A stretch of 64,000 nt of DNA from Chloroflexota bacterium. GTDB lineage: Bacteria > Chloroflexota > Dehalococcoidia > JACPPY01. The position numbers were made by a program, and so were the translations under genes. This document shows positions 48,061 through 57,809 of the stretch, piece by piece; position 1 is the first letter of the stretch, and each line of letters opens with the position of its first letter. The notes beneath the pieces are model-generated. The model was given only the letters and a program-made list of their open reading frames with translations. It did no database searches and had not been told where the DNA came from. The stretch is from NCBI GenBank assembly GCA_016190755.1, contig JACPPY010000055.1:7899-71898 (forward strand). Direction: 5' to 3'.

Positions 48061-48513
48061 TTAGCGCCTGGACCATATGCCTCGTCGAGCCGCCTTCGCT
48101 TCCCGTTCAGCAGCTTCAAACTCGTTGCGGTGCAGCGTGTCCGGCGGATACTCCTTAGCCTCTGCCCAACCTTCCTTCACCAGCTCGAGATTGACGAAGA
48201 TACTATCCGCGTAAACATACCTCAGTAGCCTGTCATACCGGTCTTTGTCGGAGACGTCCCTCACCAGCCTCAACTCCTTACCCTGGACAAGCTCCCGATT
48301 TGCTTCCGTAGCCTCCCTGAAGAACGGCTTGTCCTTCTCCGGCGTATCAATGCCTATGTATCTCACCTTCAGGTCACCGCTGATCACTATTGTATCCCCA
48401 TCTATGACACGCACCACCTGAACGTGCCCTGCCAGCGATGTTTCGGCAGTTTGGCCACAGGCTGGCGCCAGTACCAGAAGAGCCAACAGGAAGAGCAACA
48501 GCACCCGCTTCAC
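48061..48513 (-). CDS. Thermonuclease family (SNase-like) lipoprotein
   Basis: VIDGDTI...RYIGIDTPE and a lipobox-like LAPAC. GTG 48513 is preceded by GGAGGAG and overlaps the queH stop (GTGA). Confidence 0.85.
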   Translation of the reverse strand: MKRVLLLFLLALLVLAPACGQTAETSLAGHVQVVRVIDGDTIVISGDLKVRYIGIDTPEKDKPFFREATEANRELVQGKELRLVRDVSDKDRYDRLLRYVYADSIFVNLELVKEGWAEAKEYPPDTLHRNEFEAAEREAKAARRGIWSRR

Positions 48514-49055
48514 GATAACTCCTCCCCAACGTATCTTTCCCACTCGCTGTAGATGCACCCGCAGTACTGTTGGCGGTAGATATCCATTCTTTTAGTGATA
48601 TGGCGGCTGTCACTGTATCTGCGCCTGAGGTCTGCGTACAGGAACGAAACTCCCGCCGACCGGGCTATCATCTCGCCTACTTCACGGATAAGGTCGTGCT
48701 TCTGCTGCGGGCTGATGACGAGGGTTGTGGTGAAAGCATCTAATCCACGCCTTTTGGCCACCTCTGCCACATGCCCCAGCCGCAGCCGAAAACAATGCAG
48801 GCATCTGGGTCCAGGCCTGCCGGGAACAGACTGGAAATACTTCACCGAGTCGTACTTGTCCGATATGAGAAGCGGAACCTCCAGGGATGCCGCAAGAGTC
48901 CTCATAGCCTCCAGACGATGCTCGTACTCTTGTTGCGGGTGTATGTTGGGATTGTACCAGTAACAGGTGACGTCATAGGACAATGCTCGCCAGTGTTTGA
49001 TGCAGTACGCTGCACAGTGCGCACAACAAACGTGCAGCAAGACGGACGCAGCCAT
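48510..49055 (-). CDS. queH: Epoxyqueuosine reductase QueH (DUF208)
   Basis: LLHVCCAHCAAY, YNPNIHP, CLHCF, YCGC. Confidence 0.88.
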   Translation of the reverse strand: MAASVLLHVCCAHCAAYCIKHWRALSYDVTCYWYNPNIHPQQEYEHRLEAMRTLAASLEVPLLISDKYDSVKYFQSVPGRPGPRCLHCFRLRLGHVAEVAKRRGLDAFTTTLVISPQQKHDLIREVGEMIARSAGVSFLYADLRRRYSDSRHITKRMDIYRQQYCGCIYSEWERYVGEELS

Positions 49056-49058
49056 GGC

Positions 49059-50117
49059 CTATAGTAGCATGCCCTGCGGCGATTTCTCACGAGTATAGCG
49101 GACACCCAGGTGTTCATAGGCCAACCTGGTCGCCATGCGGCCACGGGGTGTTCGTTCCAGAAAGCCCAACTGGAGGAGGTATGGCTCGTACACATCCATG
49201 ATGGTATCTGCTTCCTCGCTGATCGAAGCCGCCAGCGTCTCAAGGCCGACAGGCCCTCCATCGAACTTCTCCACGATGGCGCTCAATAACCTGTGGTCTA
49301 TGTCATCCAGGCCCATAGCATCGACTCCGAGGCGAGACAGGGCCTCGAGAGCTATGTCACGGGTGATCACGCCGTTTCCCTTGACCTGTGCGTAGTCCCT
49401 TACCCGCTTCAAAAACCTGTTGGCCACTCTCGGCGTGCCACGCGATCTTCTTGCTATCTCGGCCAGTCCGGCCTCTTCGGCATCCACTTTAAGGATGCGT
49501 GCCGACCTATTCAATATTTGCCCCAGCGCCACCTCATCATAGAAATCCAGCCGGTAAACCGACCCGAACCTGTCGCGTAGGGGTGCGCTGAGCAGGGCAA
49601 ACCTGGTAGTGGCGCCTATGAGGGTGAACTTCGGTAGCTTCAATCGTAAGCTTTTGGCGGCAGGGCCTTTCCCCAGCACAATGTCTATGGCGAAATCTTC
49701 CATTGCCGGGTAAAGCACTTCTTCCACCGGGCGGCTCAGACGATGCACCTCATCAATGAAAAGGATGTCTTCCTGTCGCAGGTTGGTCAGGATCGCGGCT
49801 AGGTCACCGCCGCGCTCGATGGCAGGGCCTGACGTAATGCGCAGGTTAACACCCATTTCGGTCGCGATAATGCCTGCAAGAGTGGTCTTCCCCAATCCTG
49901 GAGGACCATAAAGCAATACATGGTCCAGGGCTTCTCCACGGGCCTTCGCTGCTGACATGGCAATGTTCAGGTTTTCCTTGACAACGGTCTGGCCTATGAA
50001 ATCCGCCACCTTCTTGGGACGGAGGCTAGTATCAAGCTGAACATCGCCTGAGGTTACCTCTCCGGCGATGACGCGCTCTTTTGCTGGCTTGTTCAGATTG
50101 GGCTTTTTCGTATCCAT
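49059..50117 (-). CDS. ruvB: Holliday junction branch migration helicase RuvB
   Basis: [24 protein letters not shown]. Confidence 0.95.
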   Translation of the reverse strand: MDTKKPNLNKPAKERVIAGEVTSGDVQLDTSLRPKKVADFIGQTVVKENLNIAMSAAKARGEALDHVLLYGPPGLGKTTLAGIIATEMGVNLRITSGPAIERGGDLAAILTNLRQEDILFIDEVHRLSRPVEEVLYPAMEDFAIDIVLGKGPAAKSLRLKLPKFTLIGATTRFALLSAPLRDRFGSVYRLDFYDEVALGQILNRSARILKVDAEEAGLAEIARRSRGTPRVANRFLKRVRDYAQVKGNGVITRDIALEALSRLGVDAMGLDDIDHRLLSAIVEKFDGGPVGLETLAASISEEADTIMDVYEPYLLQLGFLERTPRGRMATRLAYEHLGVRYTREKSPQGMLL

Positions 50118-50170
50118 TTCAATGGCAAATTATATCATGCGAGCGGTTATTTATCCCCGTCCCTCGATGC

Positions 50171-51613
50171 CTATGTTACCCTCTCGACCTTGAGCAGGTT
50201 GGTGCTGCCAGTAACTCCCATGGGGATGCCTGCGGTGATCACGATGAGATCACCTTCTTTGGCCAGCCCCGAGTCCCTGACGATATTCCTGCCCAGCTTG
50301 AAGACTTCATCGACCGATTTCACAGCAGGCACATCGAAGGCATGGACCCCCCACGACAGCGAGAGCCTGCGCTGGACTTCAGCAACCGGCGTCAATGCCA
50401 GCACCGGAACTCCAGGCCTGAATCGAGATACTCGACGAGCCGTGACACCTGATTGGGTGAACGCCACGATGGCCTTGGCGTCGAGTTGGTGGGCGGTATG
50501 GCACGCGTTATAGCTGATGGCATCGTCGGTCGAGGATTCCAGCACTGTCCCTCTTTCCGCCAGGATGCGCGTGTAGGGCAGGGCGTCATCCGTCTGCCGG
50601 GCGATCTGGACCATCATGTTCAACGCCTCCAGCGGATACTTTCCGATAGAGGTCTCCGCCGAGAGCATGACAGCATCGGTGCCGTCGAAAATAGCATTCG
50701 CCACATCGGCCACCTCGGCACGCGTCGGGCTGGGAGCATTGATCATGGATTCCAGCATCTGAGTGGCCGTGATCACCGGCTTTCCGACCATATTACATTC
50801 TCGTATGATCTTCTTCTGAACAAGCGGTACATCCCATAGTGGCAACTCAACGCCCATGTCTCCGCGCGCCACCATTATGCCGTCGCTTTCAGCCAGCACT
50901 CTGTCAAAATTCGCTACGGCATCCCTGGTCTCAATCTTCGAGACCAGAGGCACATCAACCCCTTCTTTTCGGAGGACATCCCTGATTTTTGCAATGTCGC
51001 TAGCGTGGCTCACAAAGGAGAGAGCGATGAAATCCGGCTTCTGCCGGATAGCGAACAGCAGGGCCGACATTGATTCCTCAGTCAAGAATGGGGCAGAGCG
51101 ACGCATGCCTGGCACCGTGAGGCCTCGTCTAGGCCGGAGCGTCCCACCAACGGTTACAACACACTCTACGTCGCTGTCGGTCACATGTTGGACCTTCATC
51201 TTGATGGCGCCATCGTCTATAACCACAAGGTCTCCCGGCTTCACGTCCTTCGTAAGGTATGGGAGATTAACGGAAACCTCCTTATCATCACCTTCAACTT
51301 TCCTCGTGGTCAGGACAAATGACGCGCCTTTACTGAGTGCCGCCATGCCTGACTTGACATCCCCCGTGCGGTACTTGGGACCGGGTATATCAATCAGTAT
51401 GGCAACTGGAAGACCGCTTTCCCTGGCTATATCGCGTATAGTCGTGACATATGCCGTGTGTTCTGCTTCAGTACCATGTGACAGGTTAAGGCGAGCAACA
51501 TTCATTCCCGCCTTGACCAACCGTTCCAGCATATCGCGCGAGCTGGTAGAGGGCCCTATTGTACACACCGTTTTTGTCCGCCGTTTGAGGTCCAGGGCAT
51601 GGTTGCGCGCCAC
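50171..51613 (-). CDS. pyk: Pyruvate kinase
   Basis: KTVCTIGPS, NLSHG, MVARGDMGVE, TQMLESM. Likely start is GTG 51613, preceded by TAGGAGC at 7 nt. The longest ORF starts at TTG 51670. Confidence 0.92.
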   Translation of the reverse strand: MARNHALDLKRRTKTVCTIGPSTSSRDMLERLVKAGMNVARLNLSHGTEAEHTAYVTTIRDIARESGLPVAILIDIPGPKYRTGDVKSGMAALSKGASFVLTTRKVEGDDKEVSVNLPYLTKDVKPGDLVVIDDGAIKMKVQHVTDSDVECVVTVGGTLRPRRGLTVPGMRRSAPFLTEESMSALLFAIRQKPDFIALSFVSHASDIAKIRDVLRKEGVDVPLVSKIETRDAVANFDRVLAESDGIMVARGDMGVELPLWDVPLVQKKIIRECNMVGKPVITATQMLESMINAPSPTRAEVADVANAIFDGTDAVMLSAETSIGKYPLEALNMMVQIARQTDDALPYTRILAERGTVLESSTDDAISYNACHTAHQLDAKAIVAFTQSGVTARRVSRFRPGVPVLALTPVAEVQRRLSLSWGVHAFDVPAVKSVDEVFKLGRNIVRDSGLAKEGDLIVITAGIPMGVTGSTNLLKVERVT

Positions 51614-51671
51614 TTGTGCGCTCCTATCGTTCCAGGTTAACTGTCCTGTTGGTTCATCCACGCGGCTCAAG

Positions 51672-53144
51672 TTATCGCCTGGTCTTTGAAGATGCCATGG
51701 CGAACGTCTTCCGATACATGCTGTCGTACTTTGTGGCCGAAACGTCCCAGGAAAAATCGGCCTTCATTGCGCGTTCCACCAGGCCCTTCCAACTTTTCTT
51801 ATCGCTATTATGCGCGCCGGCCGCCCTTTTCACCACTTCCACCATGTCTCCAGTTTTGTACTCATTGAATACGAATCCGGTGCCCCGCGACAGGTCAGGG
51901 TTGCAGTCTTGCACTGTATCAGCCAGACCACCGGTATGGCGCACAATCGGTATTGTCCCGTAGCGCATCGAGATCATTTGGCCCAACCCGCAAGGCTCAT
52001 ACTTGGATGGCATCAGGTACATATCGCATCCGGCGTATACCAGTTGGGCAAGTGCCAGATCGAAGCCGAAGAAGGGGCGCACCCGCGTCGGATGTTTGGC
52101 TGCAGCCCTCTCCAAGGAGGCCCGGTATTTTCCCTCTCCCGCGCCCAGGGAGATGAACTGGATATTGGTCTCCGACATCACCCTGTCGAGCCCATCGGCC
52201 ACCAGGTCTATGCCTTTCTGCTCTGCCAGGCGGCCGACCATGCCAACTACGGGCACACCCGGTTCCGGGGCCAGGCCAGCTTTTGCCTGCAACGCAGCCT
52301 TGTCTTGTGCTTTTCCTCCAAGATCATTCACGTCGTACTTAAAAGGGATTAGTGGGTCGGATGCGGGACTAAACTCTGAGTAATCGATGCCATTGAGTAT
52401 CCCATACAGGTTATCCTTCCGCCTCTGGAGTGCTCCTTCAAGCCCAAAGCCATATTCAGGAGTAAGTATTTCCTTGGCGTACGTGTCGCTAACCGTCGAG
52501 ACAACATCAGCGTGCAATATGGCTAGCCCCATCAAGCTGTAAACCTTCGGCCTTATTGGGTCCCGGGGAGAAGGCAGGAACTCATATACTCCAGCTCGCC
52601 CTGCAAAGAAATCATCGAACCATCCCTGGTAGCCCAAATTGTGTATCGTGAACACCGTTGCACTTGGCTCGGATACTCCGCCGTCCTTCATTTTCTTTGT
52701 CCACAACGGCGGAGTCATCCCCGTGTGCCAGTCGTGGCAGTGGACTATTTGCGGGTGCCACGCAACGACTCCAGGCAATTCTGCGACAGCAACGGAAAAG
52801 ATATAGAAACGCTCCAGGTCATCACGCTCGCCGTATATCGCTGGCCGACCAAAAGCACCCGCGTTGAATATTAGGTAGACCGGTGTGCCATCTCTCAACG
52901 AGGTTTGGGAGACCTCAATCGTCTCGGTACGACCCAGGACTTGTATATCTAACTTCCCAACCGGAGAAACTTTCCCATCTTTTGCCAGATTCAGCAAGCC
53001 GTACCGTGGCATGGCAAGTCGAACGTCATGGCCCAGCCGCCTCAGAGCGCTTGGTAAGGCCCCGGCCACATCCGCTAGGCCTCCAACCTTGGCCAAAGGG
53101 CTGACTTCAGATGTTGCAAAAAGCACCCTCAGAGATGCGCCCAT
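51672..53144 (-). CDS. glgA: Glycogen/starch synthase (GT5)
   Basis: LRVLFATSEVSPLAKVGGLADV; C-terminal PSKYEPCGL. ATG 53144 is preceded by AAGGAG. Confidence 0.92.
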   Translation of the reverse strand: MGASLRVLFATSEVSPLAKVGGLADVAGALPSALRRLGHDVRLAMPRYGLLNLAKDGKVSPVGKLDIQVLGRTETIEVSQTSLRDGTPVYLIFNAGAFGRPAIYGERDDLERFYIFSVAVAELPGVVAWHPQIVHCHDWHTGMTPPLWTKKMKDGGVSEPSATVFTIHNLGYQGWFDDFFAGRAGVYEFLPSPRDPIRPKVYSLMGLAILHADVVSTVSDTYAKEILTPEYGFGLEGALQRRKDNLYGILNGIDYSEFSPASDPLIPFKYDVNDLGGKAQDKAALQAKAGLAPEPGVPVVGMVGRLAEQKGIDLVADGLDRVMSETNIQFISLGAGEGKYRASLERAAAKHPTRVRPFFGFDLALAQLVYAGCDMYLMPSKYEPCGLGQMISMRYGTIPIVRHTGGLADTVQDCNPDLSRGTGFVFNEYKTGDMVEVVKRAAGAHNSDKKSWKGLVERAMKADFSWDVSATKYDSMYRKTFAMASSKTRR

Positions 53145-53369
53145 AATTGCTCCTTTCATCAGTGGTAACGCAACAGCCATCCGCGAAGGAACGTCTACGC
53201 ACAGCCATAGCGCTATCCCAGTATACCCTTGTCGTGATGTGCTTCGCCATCCTGCGATCGACCCGTTGAAATACAGTGCCGTTGCCGTGGTTTATACTGG
53301 TATTAGTGCAGCCTGCCTGGCGCTGGCACGCAGCAGCCAAGTACCGGGGCCGCGACGAGGACGCAGATC

Positions 53370-54425
53370 ATGTCTGAACTGAGGCAGGACCCAACGACCA
53401 GGGAGTGGGTTATCATCGCCACAGAGCGAGCAAGGCGACCGCACGAGTTCGTCCGAGACAAGGAAACGCCCCGAAACTACCCTCTGCGTGACCCCAAATG
53501 CCCGTTCTGTCCCGGGAACGAGTCCGAAACGCCTCCAGAGGTGCTCCGATATAGCAAGCCAGGGACAAAAGAGTGGCAGGTCCGCGTTGTGCCCAACAGG
53601 TTTCCCGCTCTGAGCCCCAAGGGTACCGTTTCCAGGCGGACTGAGGACAGTTTGTTCAGGAGCATGGATGGCTTCGGGGTACACGAGGTCATAGTTGAGA
53701 GCCCACTGCACAACGTAAGCATAGCAACAATGGGATACTCCGATGTCGAGCTTGTCTTGCACGCGTACAGAGAAAGGTTCAACGCACTAAAGGTAAACCC
53801 TAATCTCAAGTACATAACTATTTTCAAGAACTACGGCGAGACGGCCGGCACATCTCTGGTCCACCCACATTCACAGCTCATAGCAACGCCCGTGGCATCT
53901 CACGAGGCGAAGAGGAAGCGTGACACATCGGCCATCTTCGAGGACGACACCGGCTCATGCCTGTACTGCCACCTGATCCACACCGAACTGATGATGCGCA
54001 AAAGGATAGTTGAAGTCACGGATGATTTCGTCGTCTTCCATCCGTTCGCTTCGCGGTCGCCGTTTGAGACCTGGATAGCACCCATACTTCATCAGCCGTC
54101 TTTTGCCCTGGCGCCGGAAGACAAGATCCCAGCTCTTGCACGGGTCCTCCGGGATACTCTGAAGGCAATAGCAACGGTGTTAAAAGACCCGGATTACAAC
54201 CTCGTTTTGCATACGTCTCCTACGGACGACGAGTATGACCACTACTATGACTGGCACATAAGGATAATTCCACGGCTGACCACGGTGGCCGGATTCGAGA
54301 TGGGTTCCGGCATATATATCAGCACGGCTCTGCCTGAGAACACTGCGGCTTTCATGCGCGAACAGATATCCGCCAGCAGGCGGGTGAAGAACGCGGCAGG
54401 AGCTCAGGCGCTGACAGGGGCTTGA
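53370..54425 (+). CDS. galT: Galactose-1-phosphate uridylyltransferase family (HIT-superfamily nucleotidyl transferase/phosphorylase)
   Basis: CPFCPGNE zinc motif and the HPHSQL active-site HxHxQ. The symbol reflects the family only; the substrate is not established. Confidence 0.8.
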   Translation: MSELRQDPTTREWVIIATERARRPHEFVRDKETPRNYPLRDPKCPFCPGNESETPPEVLRYSKPGTKEWQVRVVPNRFPALSPKGTVSRRTEDSLFRSMDGFGVHEVIVESPLHNVSIATMGYSDVELVLHAYRERFNALKVNPNLKYITIFKNYGETAGTSLVHPHSQLIATPVASHEAKRKRDTSAIFEDDTGSCLYCHLIHTELMMRKRIVEVTDDFVVFHPFASRSPFETWIAPILHQPSFALAPEDKIPALARVLRDTLKAIATVLKDPDYNLVLHTSPTDDEYDHYYDWHIRIIPRLTTVAGFEMGSGIYISTALPENTAAFMREQISASRRVKNAAGAQALTGA

Positions 54426-54462
54426 CAGAGGCACACAGGAGAGCCCAGCATGCCCCGCATCT

Positions 54463-55299
54463 TTATTCACCAAGGGTAATGTTGTCTATTAGCCTGGTCT
54501 TGCCTATATTGACGGCTAATGAGACTAGGGCTTTCCCCTTGATGGTGTCGATCTCAGCAAGCGTCTCGGGGTCGGCGACGCTAATGTAGGAAACGCTGGC
54601 CAACGGCTCCTTCTCGATTAGTCCGGCCATTTCCTTCCTTATGTCGTCCGGGTTGCGTTCCCCTTGCTCCCACAATTTCCGGCCGAGGAGCAACGAGCGG
54701 TACAGCACAGGAGCGGCGCGCCGTTCCTGTATGCTCAGGTAGCTGTTGCGGCTGCTCATTGCCAGCCCGTCCCATTCCCTGATTGTAGGACACACCACGA
54801 TGCTCGTGCCCATGTTAAGATCGCCTACCATCCGCTTGATCACCACTACCTGCTGCGCATCCTTCTGACCGAAGTAGGCCCTCGTCGGTTCCACAAGGTT
54901 GAACAATTTGGCAACCACAGTGGCGACGCCGCGGAAATGCCCAGGACGGTGAGCGCCCTCAAGGTTTTCGGTCACTTTCTCCACATCCACCCAGGTGCAA
55001 AACCCTTCGGGGTATATCTCTTGGGCCATTGGTGTGAAGACAATTTCCGCACCTGCCTTCTCCAACATCTCCAGGTCACGCGGTACGTCCCGTGGATACT
55101 TGTCCAGATCTTCTTTAGGGCCAAACTGGGTCGGGTTCACAAATATGCTGACAATAGCTGTCGAGTTTTCCTTTTTGGCGCGACGTACCAGTGACATATG
55201 GCCTTCGTGCAAATAACCCATGGTGGGGACAAAGCCGACGGGTTCCTTGAGATGCCGGCGTTCGCGCTTTAGATCAGCAATACCCTCAATTACTTCCAT
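54463..55299 (-). CDS. panC: Pantoate--beta-alanine ligase
   Basis: PTMGYLHEGH motif. ATG 55299 is preceded by GAGGAAG. The longer ORF overlaps panB. Confidence 0.92.
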   Translation of the reverse strand: MEVIEGIADLKRERRHLKEPVGFVPTMGYLHEGHMSLVRRAKKENSTAIVSIFVNPTQFGPKEDLDKYPRDVPRDLEMLEKAGAEIVFTPMAQEIYPEGFCTWVDVEKVTENLEGAHRPGHFRGVATVVAKLFNLVEPTRAYFGQKDAQQVVVIKRMVGDLNMGTSIVVCPTIREWDGLAMSSRNSYLSIQERRAAPVLYRSLLLGRKLWEQGERNPDDIRKEMAGLIEKEPLASVSYISVADPETLAEIDTIKGKALVSLAVNIGKTRLIDNITLGE

Positions 55300-55354
55300 G
55301 CCTGCTTCCTCAATGTAATGGCATCCGCCGTCAGTAGGGAGAAGACGCCCAAGG

Positions 55355-56182
55355 CTACAGGCCAGCCAGGGTGCTCTCATCAATAGAGTAACTCTGCTTT
55401 TCGGTGGGGAAAGCACCCGAACGGACTTCTGAGATATACGTTGAGGCTACATTCTTAATGGTATCCGCCACTGTGGCGTACCGCTTGGCATGCTTGGGAA
55501 CGAAATCGGTGAAGAGGCCAAGGATATCGCTAATCACTTGTACCTGACCATCACAATAAGGCCCTCCACCTATGCCAATAGTAGGAATAGCCGCCCTTTC
55601 GGTGATCAACCTGGATAATGCCGCCGGGACAGATTCCAGCACTATGGCAAAAGCACCCGCTTCCTCCAACGCCCGCGCATCACGCAGGAGTTGCTGCGCT
55701 GCTTCTCGGCTCTTGCCCTGGACCTTAAAGCCACCAAGTTGATGTATGGACTGGGGCGTCAACCCTATATGTCCAACTACCGGTATGCCGCATTGGACCA
55801 AGCGCCTCACGGTGTCAGCCACCGGTTCACCACCCTCCAACTTGATTGCATGGGCGCCACCTTCCTGGATGAACCGAGCAGCATTCCGCAGGGCATCCGG
55901 GATACTTGTGTGGTATGTCATGAAAGGCATATCACCGATTACCAATGCGTCCCTAGTGCCGCGAACAACAGCCTTTGTGTGATGGATCATCTCGTCCATC
56001 GTAACGGGTATTGTTGACGCGTAGCCCAATACAACCATCCCCAAGCTGTCGCCCACGAGGATCATAGGCATACCGGCCTCGTCAACTAGCTTTGCCGTGG
56101 CATAGTCGTAGGCTGTCACCATGGCGATCTTTTCGCCCCTGGATTTCATATCTTTTATCTGGCTTACGGTAACACGCATCAT
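55355..56182 (-). CDS. panB: 3-methyl-2-oxobutanoate hydroxymethyltransferase
   Basis: MVTAYDY, LVGDSLGMV, KLEGG. Confidence 0.93.
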   Translation of the reverse strand: MMRVTVSQIKDMKSRGEKIAMVTAYDYATAKLVDEAGMPMILVGDSLGMVVLGYASTIPVTMDEMIHHTKAVVRGTRDALVIGDMPFMTYHTSIPDALRNAARFIQEGGAHAIKLEGGEPVADTVRRLVQCGIPVVGHIGLTPQSIHQLGGFKVQGKSREAAQQLLRDARALEEAGAFAIVLESVPAALSRLITERAAIPTIGIGGGPYCDGQVQVISDILGLFTDFVPKHAKRYATVADTIKNVASTYISEVRSGAFPTEKQSYSIDESTLAGL

Positions 56183-56267
56183 GCCCTCTCCATTCAGCTA
56201 CGACAAATCAAAGCACTGCCCGGAATATTAGCCTCCACCTGGAACACCCACCACCACCCGGCGGCCA

Positions 56268-56672
56268 TTAGCTGGTAGTGCGTAAAGAGCTTATCAAGGC
56301 CTCACTGTGTTCCCTGCTGCTCTTCCGACGCACTATATGGTTATCAGAATCCACATACACAAGACTTGGCGAATGCTGCCGAGCCTCTTCATCCGACTTC
56401 TGACAATAGGTCAGTATAATCACAGTGTCACCTTTGCCTGCGAGTCTGGCAGCAGCCCCGTTAAGGCATATCTGACCGGCTCCTCTCTCACCGGCGATGG
56501 CATAGGTCTCGAACCTGGCGGCATTGTTTACATTCAAGACCTGGACTTGCTCGTACTCGAAAATATCCGCAGCGTCCATGAGTAGTGGATCAATGGTGAT
56601 ACTTCCTTCGTAATCCACGTTCACGTCGGTCACACGCGCGCGATGTATTTTTCCCTTGAGCATTATCCTCAT
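56268..56672 (-). CDS. panD: Aspartate 1-decarboxylase
   Basis: MLKGKIHRARVT....YEGSITID (pyruvoyl-forming G-S site). Confidence 0.93.
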   Translation of the reverse strand: MRIMLKGKIHRARVTDVNVDYEGSITIDPLLMDAADIFEYEQVQVLNVNNAARFETYAIAGERGAGQICLNGAAARLAGKGDTVIILTYCQKSDEEARQHSPSLVYVDSDNHIVRRKSSREHSEALISSLRTTS

Positions 56673-56690
56673 TCAGTTTCTCCCGTCCGA

Positions 56691-57563
56691 TCAATTCAAT
56701 AATAGTTCCATCTCGTGAGCCTGGTTTTGATCGATCTTGCCTTTGGCCAGGGATATAGGTATCGTTTGCCTCCCCAACTCTCTGTAGGTTGAGAGTATGT
56801 TAGGGGCTTTCTGTTCGAGTGCCACCAGGTGCTTCTTTATCGTGCCCAGGTCACCTCGGGCGATGGGTCCTGTCAGGCAATTCGGCAACCCAACTGCCTC
56901 AATGTTATTCACGGTACCCTTCAGCAAAGGGAGCAAAGCTCGCACAGCCTCGGGTTGAGATATGCCAAAGGTCGCCCAAAGGTCTGTAGACAGCTTCATC
57001 AGCGTCACGACATAGTTGCACGCCATCACTGCGGCTGCGTGGTAGAGCACCTTGTCTTCGGCACGCAGTACTACCCACTGGCCGCCAAGGTCGTAAGCCA
57101 CACGTTTCAGCGTTCCCAACAGGGGCTCCTCAGCCTCAATGCTGAACGTGGATCCCGGCAGGTTCGCTATAGCCTGACCCACGCTGGCAAACGTCTGCAA
57201 AGGGTGAAAGACTCCCACCTGTGCGCCGGAGGTCCTGGCTGGTTCAAGGATAGCTGAAGAGTCCGCGCCGCTGCAATGCACGACCATTTGGTCCGGCCTC
57301 CAGTTTATGGCAGCGGCCACCTCGGGGATAACCCCGTCAGGAGTCGTGATAAATACTATGTCAGCCAGGTCAGCTACGCCCTGAGAGCTAGCACATACTC
57401 GCGCTGCTGGAATTGTGTCCGCCAATTTATGGGCAGAAGTAGGGCTCCGGCTATAAATTGCCACTATGGCATAGCCCTTCTTCGCCAACCGGCGCGACAG
57501 CGCCGATCCGACTGTCCCCGCCCCTATGAACCCCAGCTTAGCTTTCGTCTTCCTCGGCAGCAC
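56691..57563 (-). CDS. Rossmann-fold + DUF2520-type protein, candidate ketopantoate reductase (PanG-like)
   Basis: LGFIGAGTVGSAL NAD(P)-binding motif at the first position of the panD-panB-panC operon. GTG 57563 is preceded by TGGAGGG at 8 nt. The longest ORF starts at 57602. Confidence 0.65.
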   Translation of the reverse strand: MLPRKTKAKLGFIGAGTVGSALSRRLAKKGYAIVAIYSRSPTSAHKLADTIPAARVCASSQGVADLADIVFITTPDGVIPEVAAAINWRPDQMVVHCSGADSSAILEPARTSGAQVGVFHPLQTFASVGQAIANLPGSTFSIEAEEPLLGTLKRVAYDLGGQWVVLRAEDKVLYHAAAVMACNYVVTLMKLSTDLWATFGISQPEAVRALLPLLKGTVNNIEAVGLPNCLTGPIARGDLGTIKKHLVALEQKAPNILSTYRELGRQTIPISLAKGKIDQNQAHEMELLLN

Positions 57564-57695
57564 AGGTGTGACCCTCCAGGCAAGCAGCACACAAATATCC
57601 ACTCCGCCTGGAAAAACCGGCTACCGAAGGGTGCGCGAGAAGGCGCGATTACAAGGGTTGTCGCGCCTGCTGCCCGGTAGTTGCCCGAAGGCGAC

Positions 57696-57728
57696 AAAAA
57701 AAGCCTTCCGGTGCAATACCGAGAAGGC
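57696..57728 (-). terminator. Rho-independent terminator after the helicase gene
   Basis: Minus strand: GCCTTCTCGGT-ATTGC-ACCGGAAGGC (10 bp with one bulge), followed by TTTTTTT. Confidence 0.8.
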
Positions 57729-57809
57729 CAAACGCATACGCCTATTCATGCCGTCTCGGTCAGCCGATCCAAGCGGCTAATTGATACTAACAACCGAAAA
57801 GAACTGCGT

